A stretch of DNA of 64,000 nt from a virus (taxonomy: Duplodnaviria; Heunggongvirae; Uroviricota; Caudoviricetes). The notes under the pieces were generated by a model. The model saw only the letters and a list, made by a program, of their open reading frames with translations. It was not told the origin of the DNA and did not search any database. Positions 56,592-64,000 of this stretch are shown here, piece by piece (the first letter of the stretch is position 1; every line of letters starts with the position of its first letter). The position numbers were made by a program, and so were the translations under genes. The stretch is from IMG/VR virus record IMGVR_UViG_3300044970_001522, positions 22,278 to 86,277 of that record; one strand, written 5' to 3'.

Positions 56592-57356
56592 GTGATGAAA
56601 AATCCTACTTTCCTACTCCAGTCCGGAGGACCACTACAAATCGAAAAGGTTGCGTGTAGTTTCTCCTGTTACCCTGTCCAATATTGCTCGTTTTATGATC
56701 TGTCGAAGTTAGACCCTAAAGGTTTCATGGCTACATTGATTCCTGTGGGATCGGTGGAATTTGTTCAAGCTTACAGTGAACACGTAGGTATTGTGCTACC
56801 TGAGGACTTTTCCTACGGGTGTAATGCAGAACTGAAAAAGTACCTTATGAGGTCCGTTCGACAAGGAGTGTACGGTGAAGCAACCTTGGAAGACTTTGTG
56901 AAGCCAACCGCAATAAAGTTGTTTACCGGGGACATCAAGAGAGAGCTCGAACTGAAGATACCTGGACTAATTTCTGATAACACTTCAGTGTGGATCTCTC
57001 AGGCTGTGCCCTTTGAGTCGGAATTTCGGTTCTACATTCACGACTTCATTGGGGGTGGTAAAATTCAGGGGTGGTCGCGGTATGACGACAAGCCCGTAAG
57101 AAACCCCGAACCCGACTTCGGCCTGATTGAAGAGATTATGGGTGTGCTAGAGGCAAATATTGCGCCTGGTGCTTACACGATTGACATCGGCTGGAGGCCT
57201 GACCTGAATCGGTACTGCCTAGTTGAACTTAACGATGCGTGGTCGCTTGGGTTCTACGAAAATAGCGACCCGCAATCGAACCCACCAACTCGACAGCAGT
57301 ACGCTGACATGCTGGTGTCTCGCTGGAGACAAATTATCTTTTGCAACCTAGTGTAA
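56592..57356 (+). CDS. ATP-grasp family enzyme
   Basis: C-terminal YTIDIGWRPDLNRYCLVELNDAWS (ATP-grasp E-x-N Mg site) and upstream FVKP lysine region. Confidence 0.4.
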   Translation: MMKNPTFLLQSGGPLQIEKVACSFSCYPVQYCSFYDLSKLDPKGFMATLIPVGSVEFVQAYSEHVGIVLPEDFSYGCNAELKKYLMRSVRQGVYGEATLEDFVKPTAIKLFTGDIKRELELKIPGLISDNTSVWISQAVPFESEFRFYIHDFIGGGKIQGWSRYDDKPVRNPEPDFGLIEEIMGVLEANIAPGAYTIDIGWRPDLNRYCLVELNDAWSLGFYENSDPQSNPPTRQQYADMLVSRWRQIIFCNLV

Positions 57357-57405
57357 CCACTGGATAACACAGTCGGAGATAAGAGGACGCGGCAAACGTC
57401 TACTC

Positions 57406-58272
57406 TTGACGCTCCGACAACAGTCACATCAACTGCACTCAAATATGGACTATCAGATTGCCATCCCAACTTACGGAAGGCCCGATGGAGTGAAGAAACT
57501 CACTCTGAATTACCTTGAAAAAACAGACATTAATTGTTCCCACGTGACTTTATTCGTGGCAAACGATGAAGAGAAGGAAATTTACCAGAGTTCAAACCCT
57601 ACATACAATATCGTTGTTGGTGAAAAGGGTTTGACAAAACAACGTCACTTCATCTCTAACTTTTACGACAAAGGGACTCCTGTTTTTTCGTTCGACGACG
57701 ACGTTAGCGCCGTTGAGGAACTTGAGCTCTTAAAAGACCTTGAGGGGACTCAGAAGCCACTTGACCACCCGTGTCGCCTGAAAACCGTGGTGGAACTCTC
57801 GGATCTTATCGATCGCGGCTTCCGAATGTCCAAGCGGCGCAATATTGGCCTGTTCGGTTTCTATGCCGTTCGCAACAAGGGTTTTCTTCACCCAAAGGTG
57901 ACTGTGGGGCTCAAGTTCATTATGGGCCACGCATTTGGTTTCTACGCAGGCGACCCAGCCTTTGATCTAATCGCTGAGTACAGTATGAAGGACGACTACT
58001 TCTTGTCTCTGTACCACACTGTTAATGGAAACGGGACACTGCGATTCGACAACATCTGTGTGAAAGCTAAACAGCACACAGGCGGTGGCGGAACCTGCGA
58101 AGACATGGAGCGAAAGCTTCAGATTAATAACCAAACCGTAGAGAAACTTTGTGCTGAGTTTCCGGACCTCGCGAGTCCAAAGAGCCGTCGAACAAAGGAT
58201 GAGTGGCTTTCCCGGTACTCTGAAATCCGCCTCAAAACAATCACAAACGAGACAATCTCAGTGCTTAACTGA
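57406..58272 (+). CDS. GT-A fold (family 2-like) glycosyltransferase
   Basis: IAIPTYGRPD (cf. GT2 IPTYNR) and FSFDDDV DxD motif. Confidence 0.4.
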   Translation: MTLRQQSHQLHSNMDYQIAIPTYGRPDGVKKLTLNYLEKTDINCSHVTLFVANDEEKEIYQSSNPTYNIVVGEKGLTKQRHFISNFYDKGTPVFSFDDDVSAVEELELLKDLEGTQKPLDHPCRLKTVVELSDLIDRGFRMSKRRNIGLFGFYAVRNKGFLHPKVTVGLKFIMGHAFGFYAGDPAFDLIAEYSMKDDYFLSLYHTVNGNGTLRFDNICVKAKQHTGGGGTCEDMERKLQINNQTVEKLCAEFPDLASPKSRRTKDEWLSRYSEIRLKTITNETISVLN

Positions 58273-58278
58273 GCACCA

Positions 58279-58322
58279 AGGCGGTTTTCCGCCCTTTACT
58301 GTAAGCTCCTCTCCCCTATGTT
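58279..58322 (+). promoter_or_regulatory. cassette promoter variant (TTTACT ... TATGTT)
   Basis: GGCGGTTTTCCGCCC. Confidence 0.35.
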
Positions 58323-58343
58323 TAGAACAGCTTCCGGCTACCA

Positions 58344-58700
58344 ATGATTCCCGACCCAAAGAAAACCATCGTTTTCGATGTTGACGACACCATCCTCACA
58401 ACAGAAAACCGCGATTACGAAAACTCTCTACCGAAGATGGAAGTAATTGTGGGTATGCGAGCAATGAAGGACGCAGGGTGGACGATCATCTTGAATACAG
58501 CGAGGGGAATGGGTCGTTCAGACGGTGACATCGAAAGTGTGAGGCAAGAAGTTATCGAGGAAATCGAAAAGTTCTGCACTAAATACGGTGTACCCTACGA
58601 TACCATCTTGGTTGGAAAACCTTGGGCGGCATACTATGTAGACGACAAAGCAATGACTCCCGCTCAGTTCTCCGCAAAATACAAGGAAATCGAACAATGA
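58344..58700 (+). CDS. HAD-superfamily phosphatase
   Basis: IVFDVDDTILT motif I. Confidence 0.5.
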   Translation: MIPDPKKTIVFDVDDTILTTENRDYENSLPKMEVIVGMRAMKDAGWTIILNTARGMGRSDGDIESVRQEVIEEIEKFCTKYGVPYDTILVGKPWAAYYVDDKAMTPAQFSAKYKEIEQ

Positions 58701-59410
58701 AGAACGCACTCATTCTTGCTGCCGGTCGTAGTACTCGGTTTGGCCGAAACAAACTTGAGGAAAAGTTTGACGGGGTGTCACTTCCTCTCCTGGCTGCCAA
58801 GTTCGCTCTTGAAAACGGTGCGGAAAACATCTATCTGACGCTCTCGCGCTCGGCGATTAAGACCGACGGGACTCGCATTTACCACCCTGTTCTAGATGAA
58901 GTTTCCAAGATTTGCGACCCGATTGTTCGTTTTCAGAGTGAGGAAACTTACGGACCAGGCGCTGCGATTACCACGTGGGCAGGCGTGATCAATGGTCCGT
59001 TCACTGTTCTGTTTGGGGATAATTACTACCATGGAACGATCCCCCCTGCCGAACGAGTTTTACTTGGCTCTGACCTTGAGAACTCAGTGTGGTTTTCATA
59101 TCTTCGTAAGTCACTCAATCCACGAAATCTTCAACTCGCCACAGTAATCGACAACTATGTGATTGAAAAACCACACGGACAACTCGAAGGCCGTTACTTC
59201 TGTGGTTTTGCCCGTTTCCCTGCGGGATACCTTGACACCATTGGTGACCTTCGCAAGAGCGACCGTGGCGAGGTTGAAATTACGGATATGATAAACATGG
59301 CGGAGCATCGTCAAGCAGTATCACTTTCTTCCATGGGTGTGATATGGGGAGACTTAACTTACGAGGCGGATTGCGCTCGCATTCGGGAGCTTGTTAGTGA
59401 AGGGAAGTAG
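58697..59410 (+). CDS. sugar-phosphate/alcohol-phosphate nucleotidyltransferase (NTP_transferase fold)
   Basis: LILAAGRSTRFG signature (cf. GlmU/IspD/LicC G-x-G-T-R); ATGA-coupled to HAD gene. Confidence 0.5.
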   Translation: MKNALILAAGRSTRFGRNKLEEKFDGVSLPLLAAKFALENGAENIYLTLSRSAIKTDGTRIYHPVLDEVSKICDPIVRFQSEETYGPGAAITTWAGVINGPFTVLFGDNYYHGTIPPAERVLLGSDLENSVWFSYLRKSLNPRNLQLATVIDNYVIEKPHGQLEGRYFCGFARFPAGYLDTIGDLRKSDRGEVEITDMINMAEHRQAVSLSSMGVIWGDLTYEADCARIRELVSEGK

Positions 59411-60143
59411 TGGGGCCACCCTGGATTTCTCTGGGGATTTCATACGGAAAAAGTGTAAGGATGCCGGTGAGCAGTGCGAGTGGTTTCGCATTGCTTCTCG
59501 GTATACCTTGGCACCAAGTGTTCGCCTCCCGCAAACAATCTGTGTGTCGGACTCAGACTACGACATTGAGTTTATTGAAGGTGTTTGTGGAACACAAATT
59601 GAATCTACACGTTTGATTGACACTTTGGTAGACCAGGTCTTCCTTTGGTCTAAGCTCCCTGCGTCAAGACACACGGACTGGGGGTCTTACAAAGAGCGTC
59701 TTCACTTAGAGCACGTTTCTCTGACAGACAGCGAGATAGTTCGTCGAACTTTCGATTTCCTCGACGAAATAGTTCCACTACCTTCCTCCTTCTCGCATGG
59801 TGACCTAACTCTTGAAAACATCATTGTAGAAAATAACGGGGGAATAGTTCTGATCGACCCGAATTTCAAGACGAATTTGTTTCAGTCTTACGTTCTCGAC
59901 TTGGGTAAATTGCTACAGTCTGTCCACAGCGATTACCACCGGTTGTTCAACTCACACCCAGGATGTGACCCTGCGCCTCTGTGCGCCCACTTGAGACAAC
60001 GGCTAGGCAAACCCTTATGGACTCAGGCGCTGGCCGCTGAGATATCGCACGTGATCCGCCTGCGCAAGTACCGCCCTTCCGCCCAGTGGCCGACGGTTGA
60101 CCGGCTGTTGGGGCAGCTGCTGGCTGAAGCCCATGGGTGTTAA
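59391..60143 (+). CDS. APH/choline-kinase-family small-molecule kinase
   Basis: HGDLTLENIIVENNGGIVLIDPNFKT (Brenner HGDxxxxN + DxN/D); non-ATG start overlapping upstream stop. Confidence 0.45.
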   Translation: MLVKGSSGATLDFSGDFIRKKCKDAGEQCEWFRIASRYTLAPSVRLPQTICVSDSDYDIEFIEGVCGTQIESTRLIDTLVDQVFLWSKLPASRHTDWGSYKERLHLEHVSLTDSEIVRRTFDFLDEIVPLPSSFSHGDLTLENIIVENNGGIVLIDPNFKTNLFQSYVLDLGKLLQSVHSDYHRLFNSHPGCDPAPLCAHLRQRLGKPLWTQALAAEISHVIRLRKYRPSAQWPTVDRLLGQLLAEAHGC

Positions 60144-60245
60144 TCCCACCTTCGCGGTGCGGTCCACCCACTTTCGACAACTTAATGGCATTATTGTTAC
60201 GACCCCAAGCTTGAATACCGTACTCCGCAACGACTAAACTAAGCA

Positions 60246-60764
60246 ATGTCAAACTCCCAAGACCTAATTGAGAAGCTTAAAGACCAGATAGCATTCCTGA
60301 CTGCCGAGCTCGACCGAGCCCAGCGAAAGTCAAACTCCCTTTGGAGTCAAATTCAAGGAGCGTTTCTCCAGGAGGGCAACGACGAAGAGAACGCAGAGTT
60401 CTGGGCCGACAAAATTTCGCAGATTTTATCTGAGTGGGTTCACACTCAGCGGACGAGCCTCTCCCAGAAGATAGTAGAAACGGGTGCAATGCCCCCTTAT
60501 ACCGACTGTCTCAATCACCTTGTGGTTAGTCTCTCGCCCCCTGGCTCAGCTCCCCCGAGCCTTCCCCCTGAGTTCACAGAGCTTTCCAACACTCCCTCAC
60601 CTGGACCAACTTTCAGTCCAACAGGTTTGGAAGCACCGGCTTACGGGGGCCTGTCCGCAGACGCGCAAGTGGGACCGCCGAAAGAGCGCAAGATCGGGGT
60701 GCCTAAGGCTATTCCCGGTGCGGTACCATTGCCGTTGCCCCCACTTTCAGAGGGTTCCCCTTAA
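60246..60764 (+). CDS. coiled-coil/Pro-rich protein
   Basis: PPGSAPPSLPPEFTELSNTPSPGP. Confidence 0.3.
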   Translation: MSNSQDLIEKLKDQIAFLTAELDRAQRKSNSLWSQIQGAFLQEGNDEENAEFWADKISQILSEWVHTQRTSLSQKIVETGAMPPYTDCLNHLVVSLSPPGSAPPSLPPEFTELSNTPSPGPTFSPTGLEAPAYGGLSADAQVGPPKERKIGVPKAIPGAVPLPLPPLSEGSP

Positions 60765-60779
60765 GCGAGTCATTTGCTT

Positions 60780-60845
60780 AGGCGGTTTCCCGTTCACCCT
60801 GGGGCGGTTTCCCGGCTTGTCTCTGCGGAGCAGAAACGGTATACT
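60780..60845 (+). promoter_or_regulatory. double cassette TTGTCT-N17-TATACT
   Basis: AGGCGGTTTCCCG then GGGGCGGTTTCCCGGC; spacer TCTGCggaGCAGA. Confidence 0.55.
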
Positions 60846-61195
60846 TAGTGTAACTCCCGAGTCAAGTACCCAACAACAATGCTAAACCTTGAAGTTTCAA
60901 ACCGAATCACAGCTGCTGAAGCTTCACAGAGGTTTGTAACTCCCCCGGACCCACAAGCTAACCCTGAAACCGTGAGGAGATTTTTGGAGCACTGCTACAA
61001 AGCCATACGTGAGGATATTAATAGGGGTTACGGTGTCAAGTATACGAACGTTTACCTTGGAGACTGCGATTACTCCACTAAAGGGGAAGTTGCTAGAGTT
61101 CTAGAAGAAGAAGACGGGTACAAGGTTAGACTAGTTGGGACCCTTCACATTTTAATTTCCTGGTAATTTAATCACAACTACTTAACCTTGAAACC

Positions 61196-61741
61196 ATGGC
61201 AACTATTTACAAACCACCGGCACAGCTACCCCCTTTCTCGTCGAGGCTCAGTGTATTTCTTGCAGGTTCAATAGAAATGGGCTCTGCACCCGACTGGCAA
61301 GCTGACCTCGAACGTAGTCTTGCTGACCTTGACATTGACATTTACAATCCGCGACGCGACGATTGGGACCCAACTTGGGTTCAAAGCGCCGATAACCCGG
61401 TGTTTCGAGAGCAGGTTGAGTGGGAGCTTGATGCCCTAGAGATGGCTGGCATGGTTGTCATGTATCTGGCACCGGGTACCATTAGTCCTGTTTCTTTGCT
61501 CGAACTCGGCTTCGTCACCGGACTCGCTCTCTTTCTCAATGTCAGAAACACGGTTGTGTGTTGCCCAGAGGGGTTCCACCGTAAGGGCAACGTTGACATT
61601 GTCTGTAACCGATATGGGATTCCACAGGTTTCAAGTCTAGAGGGACTTGAACTGGCCATACGAAAAGAAAGTGCAAGGGTACAGAAACTGAAGTCTTGGG
61701 GGAATCGTGGGAGCATTGAGACGAGAAACCCTGGAGAGTAA
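61196..61741 (+). CDS. nucleoside 2-deoxyribosyltransferase-like protein
   Basis: VFLAGSI...W...VMYLAPGTISPVSLLELGFVTG resembles the NDT/DNPH1 fold signature (xAGxx...GTxxExG). Confidence 0.45.
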   Translation: MATIYKPPAQLPPFSSRLSVFLAGSIEMGSAPDWQADLERSLADLDIDIYNPRRDDWDPTWVQSADNPVFREQVEWELDALEMAGMVVMYLAPGTISPVSLLELGFVTGLALFLNVRNTVVCCPEGFHRKGNVDIVCNRYGIPQVSSLEGLELAIRKESARVQKLKSWGNRGSIETRNPGE

Positions 61742-62100
61742 GCATGACCGGCACCACCTTTAACTACCCACCCCATTTACCCGACTTCGAAGACATGGAC
61801 TCGGACGGTGCCATTGAAATTTTGATGGGAGAAGAAGAGGACGGGTACCAACATACTCGTTTCGAGAATGTGGCGCACTATAGAAACCAGGGGTTAACGC
61901 ACCCTTGGCGTCACACCAAAGACTGGGTCCCAACTTACGATCCCTCAGAGGGAGACTTTGCATGGGCTTTGTCAAGAGTTTTGGACAAAATTACCTGTGC
62001 TAGTCACCTTCATTCCATGGCCCTTGGGCTCACCGACGAGGAATGCCGACGCATATACTCAATGCGAGACCGGGCTAGGGAGGTAGCGAAGCACGAGGGG

Positions 62101-62160
62101 TAACCGGTTGCTCTGGGGCGGTTTCCCGCCTTGTTTTCTCGAAGAGAAAACGCTATAGTA
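62101..62160 (+). promoter_or_regulatory. double cassette TTGTTT-N18-TATAGT
   Basis: TAACCGGTTGC then GGGGCGGTTTCCCGCC; spacer TTCTCgaaGAGAA. Confidence 0.55.
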
Positions 62161-62189
62161 GTTACAAGACAAACGCTCCCGAGAAAGAC

Positions 62190-62651
62190 ATGAAAGGACA
62201 ACTCCTCAATAAAATGCTGGTACTGGCGACCAACGCCCACGCCGATCAGTACGACAAGGGTGGCAACCCTTACATTTTGCATCCGCTCAAGGTGATGCAT
62301 TACCTGAAAACAAACGACGTTGAACTTCAGTGCATTGCGCTCGGCCACGACATCATTGAAGACACCAAGGTCACCTACGCAGATTTACGTGATCAGGGAT
62401 TCACTGCCCGAATTATCGAAGGCATTCGATGCCTAACGAAAGCACCAGGGGAGACCTACGAAGAGTATAAGTTCCGTGTCTTCTCAAACGAAGACGCCAT
62501 GAGAGTGAAACTCTGTGACTTAAGGCACAATACTGACGTTCGGCGTCTGAAAGGTGTCACCGAGAACGACCTTAAGCGAATGGCTAAATACCACATGTTT
62601 TACATGGAAATTCAAGCCCGGTTGCAAAATTCCGACGAAGGTGATTCTTGA
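62190..62651 (+). CDS. HD-domain (p)ppGpp hydrolase-like small alarmone hydrolase
   Basis: GGNPYILHPLKVMHYL...ALGHDIIEDT matches the RelA/SpoT/Mesh1 HD hydrolase motifs. Confidence 0.6.
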   Translation: MKGQLLNKMLVLATNAHADQYDKGGNPYILHPLKVMHYLKTNDVELQCIALGHDIIEDTKVTYADLRDQGFTARIIEGIRCLTKAPGETYEEYKFRVFSNEDAMRVKLCDLRHNTDVRRLKGVTENDLKRMAKYHMFYMEIQARLQNSDEGDS

Positions 62652-62998
62652 GGAGACTTAATCGAGTTCGCAAAAAGCCAGAATGCTACAGCCCCGGCAG
62701 GGCCAAGTCCTACACCGAAATTGCAGAGAACGACTGCTTTACGTGCCCTGAAAGAGTAACTTGCCTTGAATTTGTTGCTGAAGTTAAGGAAATGGTTGCT
62801 GCCGGTGCGTCAACCAGTCACCGTCCCCCACCACTCCCTACCCCTGAGCAAATCATTGCACTGGCTGAGTCTACGGACCTAGTCTACGTGAATAACTACG
62901 GATGCGTCTATTCACCCTACGTTGAAGATACAGATATTCGCGACATCGTGGTGAATTTTGCCATCAAGCTCCTATACACTTACGATAACTTGCCATGA
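62648..62998 (+). CDS. hypothetical protein
   Basis: ORF. Confidence 0.3.
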   Translation: MRRLNRVRKKPECYSPGRAKSYTEIAENDCFTCPERVTCLEFVAEVKEMVAAGASTSHRPPPLPTPEQIIALAESTDLVYVNNYGCVYSPYVEDTDIRDIVVNFAIKLLYTYDNLP

Positions 62999-63188
62999 CT
63001 GACCCCCTCAAAGCCCAAACTAACATTGCCAACCGTAGATGAAATTATGCTTTTGGCGTGTCCAACTGAGTTGGTGTTCCCAACCCTCCTTGGGCCGCAC
63101 TTTACAAATATTCCAGATGGAGTAGATATTACACCTGCGCTAGTTAACTTTGCCACTGAACTCTTGAACAAATTTGGTACAGGGGGCG

Positions 63189-63254
63189 GGGCGGTTAACC
63201 CTTTTCCCTAGGGCGGTTTCCCGGCTAGGTTTATCGGGGGGGAACCGGTATAGT
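63189..63254 (+). promoter_or_regulatory. double cassette ending in TATAGT
   Basis: GGGGCGGTTAACCC then GGGCGGTTTCCCGGC; spacer GGTTtatcgggggggGAACC. Confidence 0.45.
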
Positions 63255-63472
63255 TAAGGAGTCAACCCGAAACGGTGTCACAAAATGACAAAAGCAGAAT
63301 TGATTGAAGCCTTGAGTGAGTTTCCCGACGAGACTATAGTAGTTGTAAGAGGCTGGAGAGGTGGTTGCACTACTAATTTGGATGTTGAAGTAGTGAAGTT
63401 AGGACTCGAGACATATGAAGTAGACGATAATGGTGATACCGATGCAATTTACATTCACGCTGGACTCGATTA

Positions 63473-63982
63473 TTGAATATGACCCCAACAAGATTTGACG
63501 TTATCATGCCACCCGACATGGCCCAAGACATGCAAGACCTTGAACAAACGACCGGCCCCTCAAAGCCCAAACTAACTTACCTCAAGCCTGTCAAGGAGTA
63601 CAAGAAACTCGATTGCGTACTCCCTTTTCGTTATTTGTATTGGAATACTCTAGAGGAACTGAATACACAGCTTGAAGATTTCAGAGAAAAACTTAATCAG
63701 TTTAAGGAAGAGGGTTGGGAGGGCATTATGGATAACTACGCTGAAGGCCACCCTGTGGTCAATCTCTATAAAACTCACTTCGTAGAAGACGAGGAGTACG
63801 ACAGGGCAATTACTGCTGCCTTGCAAAATAAGCCTAGTTGGGATGATTTAGAAGAAGAGGTGATGGCCATCGGACTTCCCCTTTGGGAGTGTGACTATCA
63901 ATATGAATGGACGTTTTTCTACCACACTGACCCCTCTAATTGCAGTTTTGTCGAAAACAGACCCAAAACTAATGACAACTGA
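63473..63982 (+). CDS. hypothetical acidic protein
   Basis: ORF. Confidence 0.3.
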   Translation: MNMTPTRFDVIMPPDMAQDMQDLEQTTGPSKPKLTYLKPVKEYKKLDCVLPFRYLYWNTLEELNTQLEDFREKLNQFKEEGWEGIMDNYAEGHPVVNLYKTHFVEDEEYDRAITAALQNKPSWDDLEEEVMAIGLPLWECDYQYEWTFFYHTDPSNCSFVENRPKTNDN

Positions 63983-64000
63983 ACAAAACCTAAAGGAACC

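Noticed and set aside
1-64000. CRISPR array, integrase/att sites, transposase, structural (capsid/tail/terminase) genes
   Set aside because: No regularly spaced direct repeats with unique spacers, no tyrosine or serine recombinase motifs, and no recognisable structural-protein signatures. The repeated element is a promoter cassette, not CRISPR.

Overview
This window reads as the early/middle (non-structural) region of a large virulent phage; no capsid, tail or terminase genes are recognisable. It is densely packed with about 95 mostly small genes, all but one on the + strand. Start codons sit in an A-rich 'caaaATGr' context with no Shine-Dalgarno sequence. The most striking feature is a promoter cassette repeated at least 34 times on the + strand: a GC palindrome (GGGCGGTTTCCCGCCC or its GGTTAACC variants), then a -35 hexamer (TTGCCT, TTGTTT or TTGCTT), then a 17-nt spacer carrying its own covarying palindrome (TTTCnnnnnGAAA), then a -10 hexamer (TATAGT, TATACT or TATAAT). 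At several copies an ATG lies exactly 7 nt after the -10, which predicts leaderless mRNAs.

Recognisable modules, each argued from conserved motifs:
- NAD+ reconstitution and ADP-ribose handling: a ribose-phosphate pyrophosphokinase homolog adjacent to a nicotinamide phosphoribosyltransferase homolog, plus a putative HxGH adenylyltransferase, a macro domain protein, a DprA/SLOG-like protein and a DUF4326-like protein.
- RNA repair: a P-loop kinase followed by a calcineurin-like phosphoesterase (a split Pnkp-type arrangement), two RNA-ligase-family genes, HAD phosphatases, and a tRNA cluster nearby.
- Putative DNA hypermodification cluster: a TET/JBP-like 2OG-Fe(II) dioxygenase, an ATP-grasp enzyme, a GT2-like glycosyltransferase, a HAD phosphatase, a sugar-phosphate nucleotidyltransferase and an APH/choline-kinase-type kinase, with dTMP kinase, a nucleoside deoxyribosyltransferase-like gene and a 3'-5' exonuclease nearby.
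- A GIY-YIG homing endonuclease, the only minus-strand gene, inserted at the 3' end of one RNA ligase gene, which has a duplicated, divergent, GC-rich C-terminal segment on the far side of the insertion.
- A four-member paralog family with a conserved CGTxHC motif.
- A tRNA-like gene with perfect acceptor, D and T arms but a roughly 40-nt irregular hairpin in place of the anticodon arm, about 1.9 kb downstream of a vWA protein that may be Ro60/TROVE-like. This raises a Y-RNA-like hypothesis.

All functional calls are motif-based inferences made without database searches.
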